Sequence record: NZ_CP044080.1
Reading direction: 5' to 3' (one strand)
DNA: 64,000 nt
Source: a plasmid
The notes under the pieces are model-generated. The model ran no database searches and was not told the origin of the DNA. It saw only the letters and a program-made list of their open reading frames with translations. Of the stretch, positions 9,484 to 18,475 are shown piece after piece (position 1 is the stretch's first letter; each line of letters starts with the position of its first letter). The position numbers were made by a program, and so were the translations under genes.

Positions 9484-11324
9484 GATGCCGCCGCGACCCT
9501 GCCGCGCCCCCGGCCCCCGACCCGTTCCTGCGCGCGGTCGAAGGCGGCGGCGGCATCGGCTAGGGCAGAGGCCACATCGTCGACGATGCCCTGTGGCACG
9601 CGGTCGTGTTCCACCAGATCCTCGAGCCGGCGATGCCGCAGGTCCAGGCCCACCGGCACCGGCAGGTGTTCGGGGACCAGCGCCCCGGCGGCATAGTCGC
9701 GATACTTGATGCGGTCGCCGTGGACCGCGTCCTCGTGCCCTTCAAAGGTGATCAGCCCGACCGGAATCCCATAAGCCTGGCAGGTGATGTGGACATGCAT
9801 GGCGCTGGTCAGAACCGCGTCATAGCCGGCCAGGCGCTGGATCAGGTCCAGGATCTCGGCCCGGCCGGCGCGCAGGATCGACAGCTCGTCCACCGGCTCG
9901 GGCAGGCGCAGCGGGATCGAGCGGTGGGCGAAATGGCGCACCAGCGCCAGCCGCCCGTTGGTCGAGGCCGGGCGCGGAACCGGAAACAGCCGCGGCAGCA
10001 CCACCGCCGGGTCGCCGAAGCGTTCGATCCGGGGCCCGCCGGCCAGTGCCACCGCCTGCGCGGTATGCGGCCCCCGGACCGAAATGTATTGCGCATCGGG
10101 CGGAAGCGCCGTGTCGGCGCGGCTGATGCCGGTGCCCACGACGATGGTCGATCCCTGTGCGAACCGCCCGACCGAGCCGACGGCCATCAGATGGGGCGCT
10201 GCGCCGGGTTCGTCGTGGCGCTGGTGGACGACGGGCCGGCCGGTCGCCGTGGCCAGGATCAGGGGCGACAGCCAGTCGCCATAATTGCCGGGATAGGGCT
10301 TGTCCCACCAGTGCAGCCGCAGCGGCGCGCCCGGGCCGGCGCCATAGTCCAGGAAGGCCTGCGCCGCCCCGATCACCGCCTGGTCCGCGGGCCCGAGCAG
10401 GCGGCGTGCGCTGGCGGCCGCGATGCGCGTCCGGACCTGGGCGGCGTCCCCTTCGCGCGCGTCATGGATGATGCGGTAGATGCTGCCTGGGGACAGGCCC
10501 TGCGGCCGGGGCTGGCTGGGCGAGAGGTATTCGGTAAAGCCGATCCGGTCCGACAGCCGGCGCAGCGGCACCGAAAGCCCGTCGGGCAGGGCGCCCTGCA
10601 CCTGCCTGGCCGTTTCCAGGGCCAGCGCGCGCATTCCGCGCGACCGCGCCTGCCGGGCGGGCGTCGCGCGTGCGCCCGGCTGCCGGCTGTGCTGCGCGGC
10701 CTTGCCCTTGAAAGCCGCCACATTGCCGCTGGCGCCGAAGCAGAAGAACGGCCGCTGCCCCGCCTCGGCCGCGCGTCCGACCACCATGGTTGCGGGGATC
10801 ATCTGAAAGCTCAGCCGGTCGGCGTTCTTGCGCCAGGCTTCCTCGAAGAAATAATCGTCGGTCGCGCGCAGGGAAATGCTTTCGCAGGCCAAGTTGGCGT
10901 CGTGGATATAGGCGCGCGCGGCGGGCGTCGCGTTGATCCCCCAGAAGCACGGTTCCCAGAACCGGGCGCTGTTGGCATAGCCGATCCGCATGGGATGGCC
11001 GAAGCCGCGCTGAAAGCCGATGATGTCGGCCGAAAAGCCCGCGACGAAGCCGGGCAGATAGTCGATATCGCAGTCCACGTCGATCCAGAACACGCGGCTG
11101 CCGGGATTGTCCTGGCAGACCCCGTGCAGGAAGGGGATCTTGCGGCGGCAGATCTCCAGCCACTCCTCGCCCTCGGCCTTTTCGACGCGGGCGATGTGGT
11201 GGCGGATGCCCAGCCGGTCCAGCGATTGGCGCAGCCGGTCGGCCGCCCCCGCATAATAGTCGTCCGGCGTGTGGAACGAGCAGAACAGGACATCCGTCCC
11301 GGTGGTTTCCTGATGATCGCGCAA
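9480..11324 (-). CDS. Bifunctional capsule-modification protein. N-terminal nucleotide-sugar-transferase-like domain plus a C-terminal polysaccharide pyruvyl-transferase-like domain.
   Basis: C-terminal half matches CsaB/WcaK-type pyruvyl-transferase motifs (YPGNYGDWLSP...; AVLTSAMHVHITCQAYGIPVGLITFEG). N-terminal half has a DxD-like VFWIDVDCDIDY. 614 aa. Confidence 0.55.
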   Translation of the reverse strand: MRDHQETTGTDVLFCSFHTPDDYYAGAADRLRQSLDRLGIRHHIARVEKAEGEEWLEICRRKIPFLHGVCQDNPGSRVFWIDVDCDIDYLPGFVAGFSADIIGFQRGFGHPMRIGYANSARFWEPCFWGINATPAARAYIHDANLACESISLRATDDYFFEEAWRKNADRLSFQMIPATMVVGRAAEAGQRPFFCFGASGNVAAFKGKAAQHSRQPGARATPARQARSRGMRALALETARQVQGALPDGLSVPLRRLSDRIGFTEYLSPSQPRPQGLSPGSIYRIIHDAREGDAAQVRTRIAAASARRLLGPADQAVIGAAQAFLDYGAGPGAPLRLHWWDKPYPGNYGDWLSPLILATATGRPVVHQRHDEPGAAPHLMAVGSVGRFAQGSTIVVGTGISRADTALPPDAQYISVRGPHTAQAVALAGGPRIERFGDPAVVLPRLFPVPRPASTNGRLALVRHFAHRSIPLRLPEPVDELSILRAGRAEILDLIQRLAGYDAVLTSAMHVHITCQAYGIPVGLITFEGHEDAVHGDRIKYRDYAAGALVPEHLPVPVGLDLRHRRLEDLVEHDRVPQGIVDDVASALADAAAAFDRAQERVGGRGRGRVAAAS

Positions 11325-11456
11325 CTGGCGTGCTCCTGCCCGGATGGTCTTCAGGGCAGACTATCCCCCCAAGCCGGGGCGGCGGGCCATTCCAAACTGG
11401 CGCCTCGCGGGGGAAGGGCCGCGCTGCGCCACCCCCGCGAAAGGGAAGCAGATTCC

Positions 11457-11900
11457 CTATTCGCGGGGAATGATGCTGATGGCGCCGCTGACCTCAAGCA
11501 CCGCAGCCTCGATCTGGTCCAGCCGGGCCAGTCCATGCGTGATGCGCCCCGCCTCGAGGATGTCGCCCAGGCTGACGCGCGCCCGGCGCAGCGCCTCGTG
11601 GTCGATCCGCCCCTGGGAGATCAGCACGGTCGGATTGCCGTCCAGCCACAGCCCCAGCCGGCGCGACCGCATCTTGGCCAGCGACAGCGCCACGTCGGTG
11701 GCAAACAGCGTCACGATCAGCAAGAAGGCGTTTATCAGCGAAAAGTCGTCGCCCAGCAGCGCCTGCTGCGTGGTCTCGGCGATGATGAGCAGCAGGACGA
11801 AGTCAAAGGGGGTCATCTGCGCCATGGTGCGCCGGCCCGTCAGGCGGGTCAGGACCATCAGGATCAGATAGATGGCGACGCCTCGGATGACAGAGTCCAT
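11457..11900 (-). CDS. DUF421 / YetF-family membrane protein.
   Basis: N-terminal TM helices followed by the conserved YetF C-terminal region (ISQGRIDHEALRRARVSLGDILEAGR). Confidence 0.7.
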   Translation of the reverse strand: MDSVIRGVAIYLILMVLTRLTGRRTMAQMTPFDFVLLLIIAETTQQALLGDDFSLINAFLLIVTLFATDVALSLAKMRSRRLGLWLDGNPTVLISQGRIDHEALRRARVSLGDILEAGRITHGLARLDQIEAAVLEVSGAISIIPRE

Positions 11901-11908
11901 GATCGGTC

Positions 11909-12418
11909 CTATGGCAGGATGACGGTGGTGACGCGGCGCTGCTCGTCCCCGACGCGCAGGTCGAAGCGGGTCACGCCATAGTGCATGGGGCTGACGTCGA
12001 TGACGACGGTATGGGGCGGTGGACCGCCGGTGTCGAAGTCCAGCAGCAGCCCGCCCGAGGCCATGCGGCTCGACGCGGGCTCGGGCTGGATGCCGTCGAC
12101 GGCAAAGCGGTCCAGGAATTCATGCCCCAGCCAGAGGCTGTGGCGGTCCGCCGCGTTGTCAAAGCGCAGCATGAATCGGTCGCTGCCCTCCCACCGACTG
12201 ATGCGGGGGACCTGCGCCTCGGCCCCGGCAAAGGCGATCCGCTGGCTTTGCCACAGCCCGCCGCTGCCCGTCAGGCCCAGCAGGGCGGCCACGCAGATCA
12301 GCAGGTAGCATACCCAGGCGATCCGCTGGGCACGCCAGAGCCGGCGCTGAAAGGCGCGGTCCTCGTGCAACTGCAGCCCGTCTTTTCTGACCGGAGGACA
12401 AGGCGTTGTCTCATGCAT
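11909..12418 (-). CDS. Hypothetical membrane-anchored protein, about 169 aa.
   Basis: Most plausible start is MHETTPCP (ATG at 12418), followed by a TM segment (IAWVCYLLICVAALLGLTG). The longer annotated ORF extends into the GC-rich upstream region. Confidence 0.45.
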   Translation of the reverse strand: MHETTPCPPVRKDGLQLHEDRAFQRRLWRAQRIAWVCYLLICVAALLGLTGSGGLWQSQRIAFAGAEAQVPRISRWEGSDRFMLRFDNAADRHSLWLGHEFLDRFAVDGIQPEPASSRMASGGLLLDFDTGGPPPHTVVIDVSPMHYGVTRFDLRVGDEQRRVTTVILP

Positions 12419-12817
12419 GGCAGGTTCCTCCCTCTGGGGCCAAACCCGCGGAGAAAGGCCGGGTTCCCGGGCAAGGCGTGCTGCGGTCACGCGGAAGTGA
12501 TGTCTGCCGCGGTCGACTGCCGTGGGGCAGGGGGCAATCCCTTGATTCCGTTGGACCGGCGTGGTCCGGCCTTCTGCGGGCCTGCGCCGCGCCGGGACCA
12601 AGCGAAAGGAAATCAAAGGATTGGACGTTCATCCCGTGGCTTTTCCAGCCACGCCTGATCGGCGGTGGGGCGGGCACGAACCCGCCGACAGCCGCCGGCT
12701 TTTGTCTGGGCCTGGGAATCGTCATGGACGCAGGCGCCTTCACGCATTAGGGAGAATTGGAAAAACCCTGCGCGCCTGACACCCGCCTGCGCGCACAAGA
12801 ACCGGACAGAGTCGAGC

Positions 12818-13597
12818 GTGCAAGCACAAGGACCAAGGGAAAACGCGGCCTCGCGTGTCGCGACCGTCAGGCCACTTCAGATCAGGGGTCGCTTTTTCAC
12901 GGCGATCGCGCTGCAACCCGCGGGGCCGGTCGACGACCGCTTTCTTGAGGCGCTGGACGCCAAGCTGCGCGAGACGCCGGCCTTTTTCGAGAACGCCCCG
13001 CTGGTCATCGACCTGGAACAGTCCCACGGCCTGGACGACCCACGCGAGCTGATGCTGCTGGCGCAGGAATTGCGGGCGCGCAAGCTGTCGGTCTTTGGCA
13101 TCCAGCATGGCACGCCCCAGCAGGTGGCGGCCGCGGCCTCGGCCGGGCTGATCGCCCTGCCGGGCGGGCGCAGCGTTCCCGTCGAACAGGTGGCGGCGCG
13201 TGCCGAAAGCCGTGGCCGGAAAGCCGGGCAGGGGGGACGCGATGCTCCGGGCGAGGCCCCGGCCCCCGCGCCGGCCAAGATGATCACCCAGCCCGTGCGC
13301 TCGGGCCAGACGGTGCTGGCCGAGCAGGGCGATCTGGTCATCGTGGGCCCGGTCAGTTCCGGGGCCGAGGTCATCGCTGCGGGCAACATCCACATCTATG
13401 GCCGGCTGCGCGGCCGGGCGCTGGCGGGCGTCATGGGCGACACCACCGCCCGCATCTTCTGCCACGCGCTCGACGCCGAGCTGCTGGCCATCGCCGGGCT
13501 TTACCTGACCAGCGAGAATCTGGCGGCGGACGTGCCGCGTCACTATGTGCAGGCGTTCCTGGACGGCGAAAGCCTGCGTGTCGAAGCCCTCAAGTAA
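12818..13597 (+). CDS. minC: Septum site-determining protein MinC.
   Basis: MinC C-terminal beta-helix dimerisation region ([31 protein letters not shown]). Start assigned to the GTG at 12818; start uncertain. A 400-bp leader lies upstream. Confidence 0.75.
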   Translation: MQAQGPRENAASRVATVRPLQIRGRFFTAIALQPAGPVDDRFLEALDAKLRETPAFFENAPLVIDLEQSHGLDDPRELMLLAQELRARKLSVFGIQHGTPQQVAAAASAGLIALPGGRSVPVEQVAARAESRGRKAGQGGRDAPGEAPAPAPAKMITQPVRSGQTVLAEQGDLVIVGPVSSGAEVIAAGNIHIYGRLRGRALAGVMGDTTARIFCHALDAELLAIAGLYLTSENLAADVPRHYVQAFLDGESLRVEALK

Positions 13598-13618
13598 CAC
13601 AGGATAAGGAATCGTTTC

Positions 13619-14437
13619 GTGAGCAAGGTCATCGTAGTCACATCGGGCAAGGGCGGCGTCGGCAAGACGACCTCCTCCGCTGCCATCAGCGCAGGGCTCG
13701 CGATGCGCGGGCACAAGACGGTCGTGATCGATTTCGACGTGGGCCTGCGCAACCTGGACATGATCATGGGCTGCGAACGCCGCGTGGTGTTCGATTTCAT
13801 CAATGTGATCCAGGGCGACGCCAAGCTGAAACAGGCCCTGATCAAGGACCGCCGGCTGGAAAACCTGTATGTCCTGCCGACCTCGCAGACCCGCGACAAG
13901 GACGCCCTGACCCAGGAAGGCGTCAAGGCCGTGCTGGACGAGCTGCGCGAGGACTTCGACTATATCGTCTGCGACAGCCCCGCCGGGATCGAGCGCGGCG
14001 CCCATCTGGCGATGTATTACGCCGACGAGGCTGTGGTCGTGACCAATCCCGAGGTCTCCTCGGTGCGCGACAGCGACCGGGTACTGGGGCTGCTGAACTC
14101 CAAGACCTTCGTGGCCGAAAAGGGCGATGGCAGCGCGGTCAAGGCGCAGCTTCTGCTGACCCGCTTCGACCCCGCCCGCTCGGCCAAGGGCGAGATGATG
14201 AGCGTCGAGGACGTCCTGGAGATCCTGGCCATCCCGCTTTTGGGCATCATCCCGGAAAGCACCACCGTGCTGAAGGCCTCGAACGAGGGCACGCCGGTCA
14301 TCATGGATGAGACCTCGGCCGCGGCCAAGGCCTATGCCGATGCCGTGGGCCGGCTGGTCGGCGAACAGATCGCGCTGCGCACCAGCCCGGAACAGCGGCG
14401 CGGCTTCTTCCAGCGGCTGCTGGGGCGGACGGCCTGA
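13619..14437 (+). CDS. minD: Septum site-determining ATPase MinD.
   Basis: Deviant Walker A GKGGVGKTT, 272 aa, highly MinD-like throughout. Confidence 0.95.
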   Translation: MSKVIVVTSGKGGVGKTTSSAAISAGLAMRGHKTVVIDFDVGLRNLDMIMGCERRVVFDFINVIQGDAKLKQALIKDRRLENLYVLPTSQTRDKDALTQEGVKAVLDELREDFDYIVCDSPAGIERGAHLAMYYADEAVVVTNPEVSSVRDSDRVLGLLNSKTFVAEKGDGSAVKAQLLLTRFDPARSAKGEMMSVEDVLEILAIPLLGIIPESTTVLKASNEGTPVIMDETSAAAKAYADAVGRLVGEQIALRTSPEQRRGFFQRLLGRTA

Positions 14438-14438
14438 C

Positions 14439-14708
14439 ATGTTCGGTTCGCTTTTCCGCCAACGCAAGCCCGGCTCGGCCCAGACCGCCAAGGAGCGCCT
14501 GCAGATCCTGCTGGCCCATGAGCGCGCCATCGGCGGCTCGAGCCCCGATTTCCTGCCGCTGCTGCAACGCGACATCCTCGAGGTCGTGCGCCGCCACCTC
14601 GAGATCGACAGCGACGCCGTCGACGTCAAGCTCGAGCGCAGCGACGATCTGTCGAGCCTGGAGATCAACATCGAACTGCCCGGATCGAAGTCCCGGTCAG
14701 CCGTCTGA
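14439..14708 (+). CDS. minE: Cell division topological specificity factor MinE.
   Basis: 89 aa, MFGSLFRQRK...KERLQILLAHER. ATG lies 1 nt after the minD stop. Confidence 0.9.
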   Translation: MFGSLFRQRKPGSAQTAKERLQILLAHERAIGGSSPDFLPLLQRDILEVVRRHLEIDSDAVDVKLERSDDLSSLEINIELPGSKSRSAV

Positions 14709-14730
14709 CTGCCATCCCCGTGGTGTTTGA

Positions 14731-14768
14731 GGCGCCGCATCCCAGGCCGGGGCGCGGCGCCTTTGTCG
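14731..14768 (+). terminator. Rho-independent terminator after minE. GC hairpin GGCGCCGC...GCGGCGCC followed by CTTTGTC.
   Basis: Inverted repeat with an 8-bp stem and a downstream T-rich tract. Confidence 0.5.
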
Positions 14769-14857
14769 TGCCGCGTGCCGCACGGTTGGCGGCCCTGCAA
14801 ATTCTGCCGCCAAGCCCCTTGCATTCCCCGCGTCGCCGGGTTACCTGCCCCCCACGG

Positions 14858-14934
14858 TCGGAGCGTAGCGCAGCCTGGTAGCGCACCTGCTTCGGGAGCA
14901 GGGGGTCGGAGGTTCGAATCCTCTCGCTCCGACC
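14858..14934 (+). tRNA. tRNA-Pro, anticodon CGG.
   Basis: Manual cloverleaf. Acceptor stem CGGAGCG/CGCTCCG, D-arm GCGC-AGCCTGGTA-GCGC, anticodon stem CCTGC/GCAGG with loop TTCGGGA, T-arm GGAGG-TTCGAAT-CCTCT, discriminator A, CCA encoded. Confidence 0.85.
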
Positions 14935-15182
14935 AGTTTTGCGGTGTTCTGTGGCACATAGTTCTGCCTTTTCTGTCGGGCAGTCTGCCTCTCGGGCTTC
15001 TCAGCGTAACGAAAGCGGACGGTCAACGGTCGGCGCAACGGCGACGCGAAGAGCCCTTAGCGGACGGTCGCAAAGCGACAAACAATCGCCCCATAACGGT
15101 CTCTACTCGATGCCGTCGAGTTTCCGCGTCAGGGCCTCCTGTGAACCGCCCCGGGTTTACCGGAGAGTTTCTGGTTCAATGA

Positions 15183-16108
15183 TTAGGCTGCTTTTGCGGC
15201 GGCGTTCAAGCTTGTGTAGAATTCCTCCTCTGCTTCGTTCGGTGTGACGTAACCGATGGCGCTGTGCAGGCGCGTCTTGTTATACCAGTCGACCCACTTC
15301 AGGGTTTCCCACTCGACTTGACCCACGGATTTCCAAGGGCCGAGGAACTTGATGACCTCGGTCTTGAACAGGCCGATGATGCTTTCAGCCAGAGCGTTGT
15401 CATAGGAATCACCGACGCTGCCGACCGAGGTGTCGATGCCCGCCTCGGCCAGCCGCTCGGTATATCGGATCGAGAGATATTGGCTGCCCCGGTCGCTGTG
15501 ATGGATCAGCTTGTCAGCCTCGGACGGCGCGCGCTGGCAGATGGCCTGATTCAGAGCGTCGAGGACGAAACCGGTGGTCATCGAAGTCGAGACGCGCCAG
15601 CCGACGATCTTGCGGGCGAAGACGTCGATCACGAAGGCCACATAAACCATGCCCTGCCAACTTGAGACGTAGGTGAAATCGCTGACCCACAGCTGGTTCG
15701 GCATGTCTGCCACGAAGACCCGGTTCACCTTGTCGTCCGGACAGGGTTGGGCCGCATCGGGGTTGGTCGTGACGACCTTCTTGCCGCGCACAACGCCTTG
15801 CAACCCCATGACCTTCATCAGCCGCTCCACTGTGCAACGGGCGATGTCGCACCCTTCGCGGCGCAACTGGTGCCAAACCTTACGCGCGCCATATCGGCCT
15901 CTGCTGCCGTCGAATATCTGCTTGATGGCAGTCATGTCCTTCTGGTCCTGCCTGGCCCGATCCGATGCCAGGGTGGGATCACGCTCCACAGCCTTGAAAC
16001 TGTAGAACGTCGATGGTGCGATCCCCAGAACCCGGCAGATCGGCCCGACACCAAAGACGCCACGGTGATCGTCGAGAAACGCGATCATTTGCGGAACGGG
16101 CGGTCGAG
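15183..16108 (-). CDS. IS3-family transposase OrfB (DDE catalytic / integrase core domain). Separated from orfA by the nested IS110.
   Basis: Identical to orfB of copy 2. Integrase-core motifs (HSDRGSQYLS...). The annotated ORF acquires 12 extra N-terminal codons reading into the IS110 end. Confidence 0.85.
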
Positions 16109-16120
16109 TATCCGTCTTGG

Positions 16121-17059
16121 TCAAGGGCGGTCAGGCAGCCAATCTCGCCTCTCGCGCAGCAAGGTGTTTGCAAGGATGATGATGCGCCGCATGATGGCGG
16201 TAATGGCGACTTTCTTCGCTTTGCCGGCCTTTAGCAGCTGCTGATACTTGTCGTGGAGGTCCCGGTTGAAACGAATGGCGACAAGTGCGGGCATGTAGAT
16301 CGCGCGCCGAATTGATGACCGACCGCCGGTGATCCGCTCCTTGCCCTGCCACTTTCCAGATTGCTGCGTCATGGGCGCAAGCCCGGCGAGAGCGGTGATC
16401 TTCTTGCCCTCGAGGTGCCCAAGTTCCGGCATGTCGATCAGCATGGTGGTCGCGGTCAGACGACCAATCCCCGGAATGGTCATCAAACGGCGGATGCGCT
16501 CTTCAAGGGTGCCTCGCTGCCTGGCGATCTGCGCGATGACCTCATCAAGCGCTTGGATATCGGCACCAATGTCCTCAATGCGGCGACCAAGCTGTTCTCG
16601 CACGAGCGGGTTCAGTGCAGTAGCAAGCCGCGTCTTCGCGGTCACCTGATCTTTGATCAAAGCGCGGCGGGCAGTCAGCAACTCTCTGAGATCATGAACA
16701 TCTTCGCCTTCAACGACTTGAGGCGTCAGGTCAAGCACAACGCCCATGCGCGCCAGCATTCTGGCGTCGACGCTATCAGTCTTTGCCAATCGTCCGATTG
16801 CTTGCGCAAAGCGCCGCGCCTGCTTTGGATTGACTTTGATGAAAGGCAGCCCCGCCAGACCCAGATGCCGCTCAAGCCCCCGGTGATAGGCGCCGGTCGC
16901 CTCGAAGACGATGAGAACGTCTTCCTCCTTTCCCAGCCAGGCGCACAATTGCCCGAAACCTTCAGGCGTATTGGGCAGGCAGCACGCCTCCGTCCGGGAA
17001 TGCCAGAATGCGTCAAGACGGTCTTTCGACACGTCAATGCCGATGGTATCCTTGGCCAT
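16121..17059 (-). CDS. IS110-family DEDD transposase / recombinase.
   Basis: N-terminal DEDD RuvC-like domain (IGIDVSKDRL). C-terminal Transposase_20 motif (IPGIGRLTATTMLIDMPELGHL...LAGLAPMTQQSGKWQGK). Confidence 0.9.
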   Translation of the reverse strand: MAKDTIGIDVSKDRLDAFWHSRTEACCLPNTPEGFGQLCAWLGKEEDVLIVFEATGAYHRGLERHLGLAGLPFIKVNPKQARRFAQAIGRLAKTDSVDARMLARMGVVLDLTPQVVEGEDVHDLRELLTARRALIKDQVTAKTRLATALNPLVREQLGRRIEDIGADIQALDEVIAQIARQRGTLEERIRRLMTIPGIGRLTATTMLIDMPELGHLEGKKITALAGLAPMTQQSGKWQGKERITGGRSSIRRAIYMPALVAIRFNRDLHDKYQQLLKAGKAKKVAITAIMRRIIILANTLLRERRDWLPDRP

Positions 17060-17264
17060 CTTTTCTTCCTACCTATGCTTGTCGTTCGGGCCCGCAGCCC
17101 ACGTATCCGTTCAGGTCGTTAGAAAAGACGGGGGCTCGTCAAACTCGACCGCGGTCCTTCAAGACCAAGCTCCGCACGGCGCCACCCCCGCCGCTGCCCC
17201 GCAGTTTGCGGTGCTGGGCAGCGGCTCCCTTTTGCCTCAGGAGCCTCAAATCTCATAAGACAAG
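17060..17264 (-). ncRNA. Candidate IS110-family bridge RNA (non-coding left end).
   Basis: 205-bp non-coding end with strong stem-loops (CCGCTGCCCCGCAGTTTGCGGTGCTGGGCAGCGG). Minus-strand RNA contains GCGGUCGAG, identical to the 9 nt of target immediately left of the insertion point. A 6-nt segment complementary to the right flank (CTCCGC) lies about 20 nt away. Confidence 0.4.
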
Positions 17265-17582
17265 CTCCGCCGCAGCGAAATATGCGCTGGCCTTCTTCAG
17301 GATCTCATTGGCGGTGCGAAGCTCCCGCACCTCGCGTTCCAGTTCCTTGATCCGGTCCTTCTCCGCGCTCGTCAGCCCGCCGCGCTCTCCGCGGTCACGC
17401 TCCGCCTGCTGGCACCAGACGCGCAGACTGTCGGGAGAGCAGCCAAGCTTCGGCGCGATCGCCTTGTAGGCCGCACTGTCGCTGGCGTAGTCGCCGCGGT
17501 TCTCGCGGAAAAGCCGAACACCGCGTTCGCGCAGTTCGGCCGGATAGGCGGGGGTGAATCTTTGCTTCGTCATAGGGCTCAT
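17253..17582 (-). CDS. IS3-family transposase OrfA (HTH). The 3' end is altered by the nested IS110, and the frameshift fusion to orfB is abolished.
   Basis: Identical to orfA of copy 2 up to AAAEL, then reads into IS110 (..VL*). Confidence 0.8.
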   Translation of the reverse strand: MSPMTKQRFTPAYPAELRERGVRLFRENRGDYASDSAAYKAIAPKLGCSPDSLRVWCQQAERDRGERGGLTSAEKDRIKELEREVRELRTANEILKKASAYFAAAELVL

Positions 17583-18066
17583 CCTTTGAGTGCTCTACTC
17601 TCCGGTAAACCCGGGGCGGTTCAAACCCGCGGAACGAAAGCACAAGTCCGTTGAAGGGAACGTTCTGCAATGTAGACAATGAAGAGTTTCTGGCCGTAAC
17701 GGGCGTGAATTCCGTTGTGAGCCACTACACGACCGGACAATATGCGCCTCAGGCGAGTTCGGGCATCTCGCCAGACAACGCGTTTAATCTGACCAGAACC
17801 AATGCGGAGCGGGTTGGCGGCGCGATCACGGTGCCGAATGGCTTCGATAGCTGCCTGATCGCGGTCGATACATTCATGTCCAACAAATATGCAAAGGCCC
17901 GGCTGTTTCCGATATCTCTGTATCTTCGCTTCCTGGGGGGAGATTTGAACTACACCGGCACGGCAAATGCCTGGAATTGAGGCGTAAAGACGGAGGTTTC
18001 TCACGGTTGCCGACCGGCTTTCGACCAAGGAGGGTGCGTGAGCTTTTGCGAGGAGACGGCGGCCTG

Positions 18067-18474
18067 TTACCCATGATGATCCGGATCAATATATCGCCGG
18101 AATGCGATGAGGATTGCCGCGTCATTTTTCCCGAATCGGTCAGCGGGAGCGCCGTCGAAATCGACGTGAGCGCGGGTCAGCCAATAGCAGAGCCTCAGGT
18201 TGCTGATGCGAGCCGGTCTGAGCCTCAGGATGTCACGGACGATATCAAAGACACCGCCGTTCGCCGTGTCGAACTGGAACAGTGGCAACCTGATCTCACC
18301 ATTCTGGACCAGGGTGATGACGGTATCGTCTCGGGCCATGGCCTGGATGGCGGCTTCCGGGTCATCCGTTTCGATGCGCAAGAGCGCGCAGGCCTGCGAC
18401 GCATCGATCAGGTCGATGCTGGCGAGAAGGCGTTCCTCGACACCGGGCTTGTCGGTGGAATTTTCCGGCGGCAT
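18067..18474 (-). CDS. DUF2384 (Xre / MbcA / ParS antitoxin-like toxin-binding domain) protein. Last gene of the five-gene operon.
   Basis: C-terminal block RLCYWLTRAHVDFDGAPADRFGKNDAAIL resembles the DUF2384 antitoxin signature. AAGGGGAA RBS. ATG lies 1 nt after the TAG stop of the upstream gene. Confidence 0.45.
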   Translation of the reverse strand: MPPENSTDKPGVEERLLASIDLIDASQACALLRIETDDPEAAIQAMARDDTVITLVQNGEIRLPLFQFDTANGGVFDIVRDILRLRPARISNLRLCYWLTRAHVDFDGAPADRFGKNDAAILIAFRRYIDPDHHG

Positions 18475-18475
18475 T

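Larger units (their letters stand above)
16109..17264 (-). mobile_element. IS110-family insertion sequence (1156 bp) nested inside IS3 copy 1. No target duplication.
   Basis: Exact boundaries from alignment with intact IS3 copy 2: the junction GCGGTCGAG^CTCCGCC in copy 2 is split here by 1156 bp. The 205-bp non-coding end is upstream of the transposase gene, with only 12 bp downstream, as in the IS110 subgroup. Confidence 0.85.
15142..17623 (-). mobile_element. IS3-family insertion sequence, copy 1. The native element is 1326 bp and is interrupted by a nested 1156-bp IS110-family element. Terminal inverted repeats TGAACCGCCCCGGGTTTACCGGAGAG.
   Basis: Left and right 26-bp IRs identified by comparison with copy 2 at 26803-28128 (identical apart from the nested insertion). 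No flanking target-site duplication. Confidence 0.85.

Noticed and set aside
14936-15141. Searched for an integrase gene or a direct repeat of the tRNA-Pro 3' end that would mark a classical tRNA-integrated island.
   Set aside because: No tyrosine-recombinase-like ORF anywhere in the island. No copy of the tRNA 3' segment was seen at candidate island ends by eye. This needs a computational repeat search.
17651-17980. TTG-start 109-aa plus-strand ORF in the AT-rich patch, considered as a RES-type toxin.
   Set aside because: No R-E-S or GGRWN-like motif. Opposite orientation to the operon. Competing minus-strand ORF.
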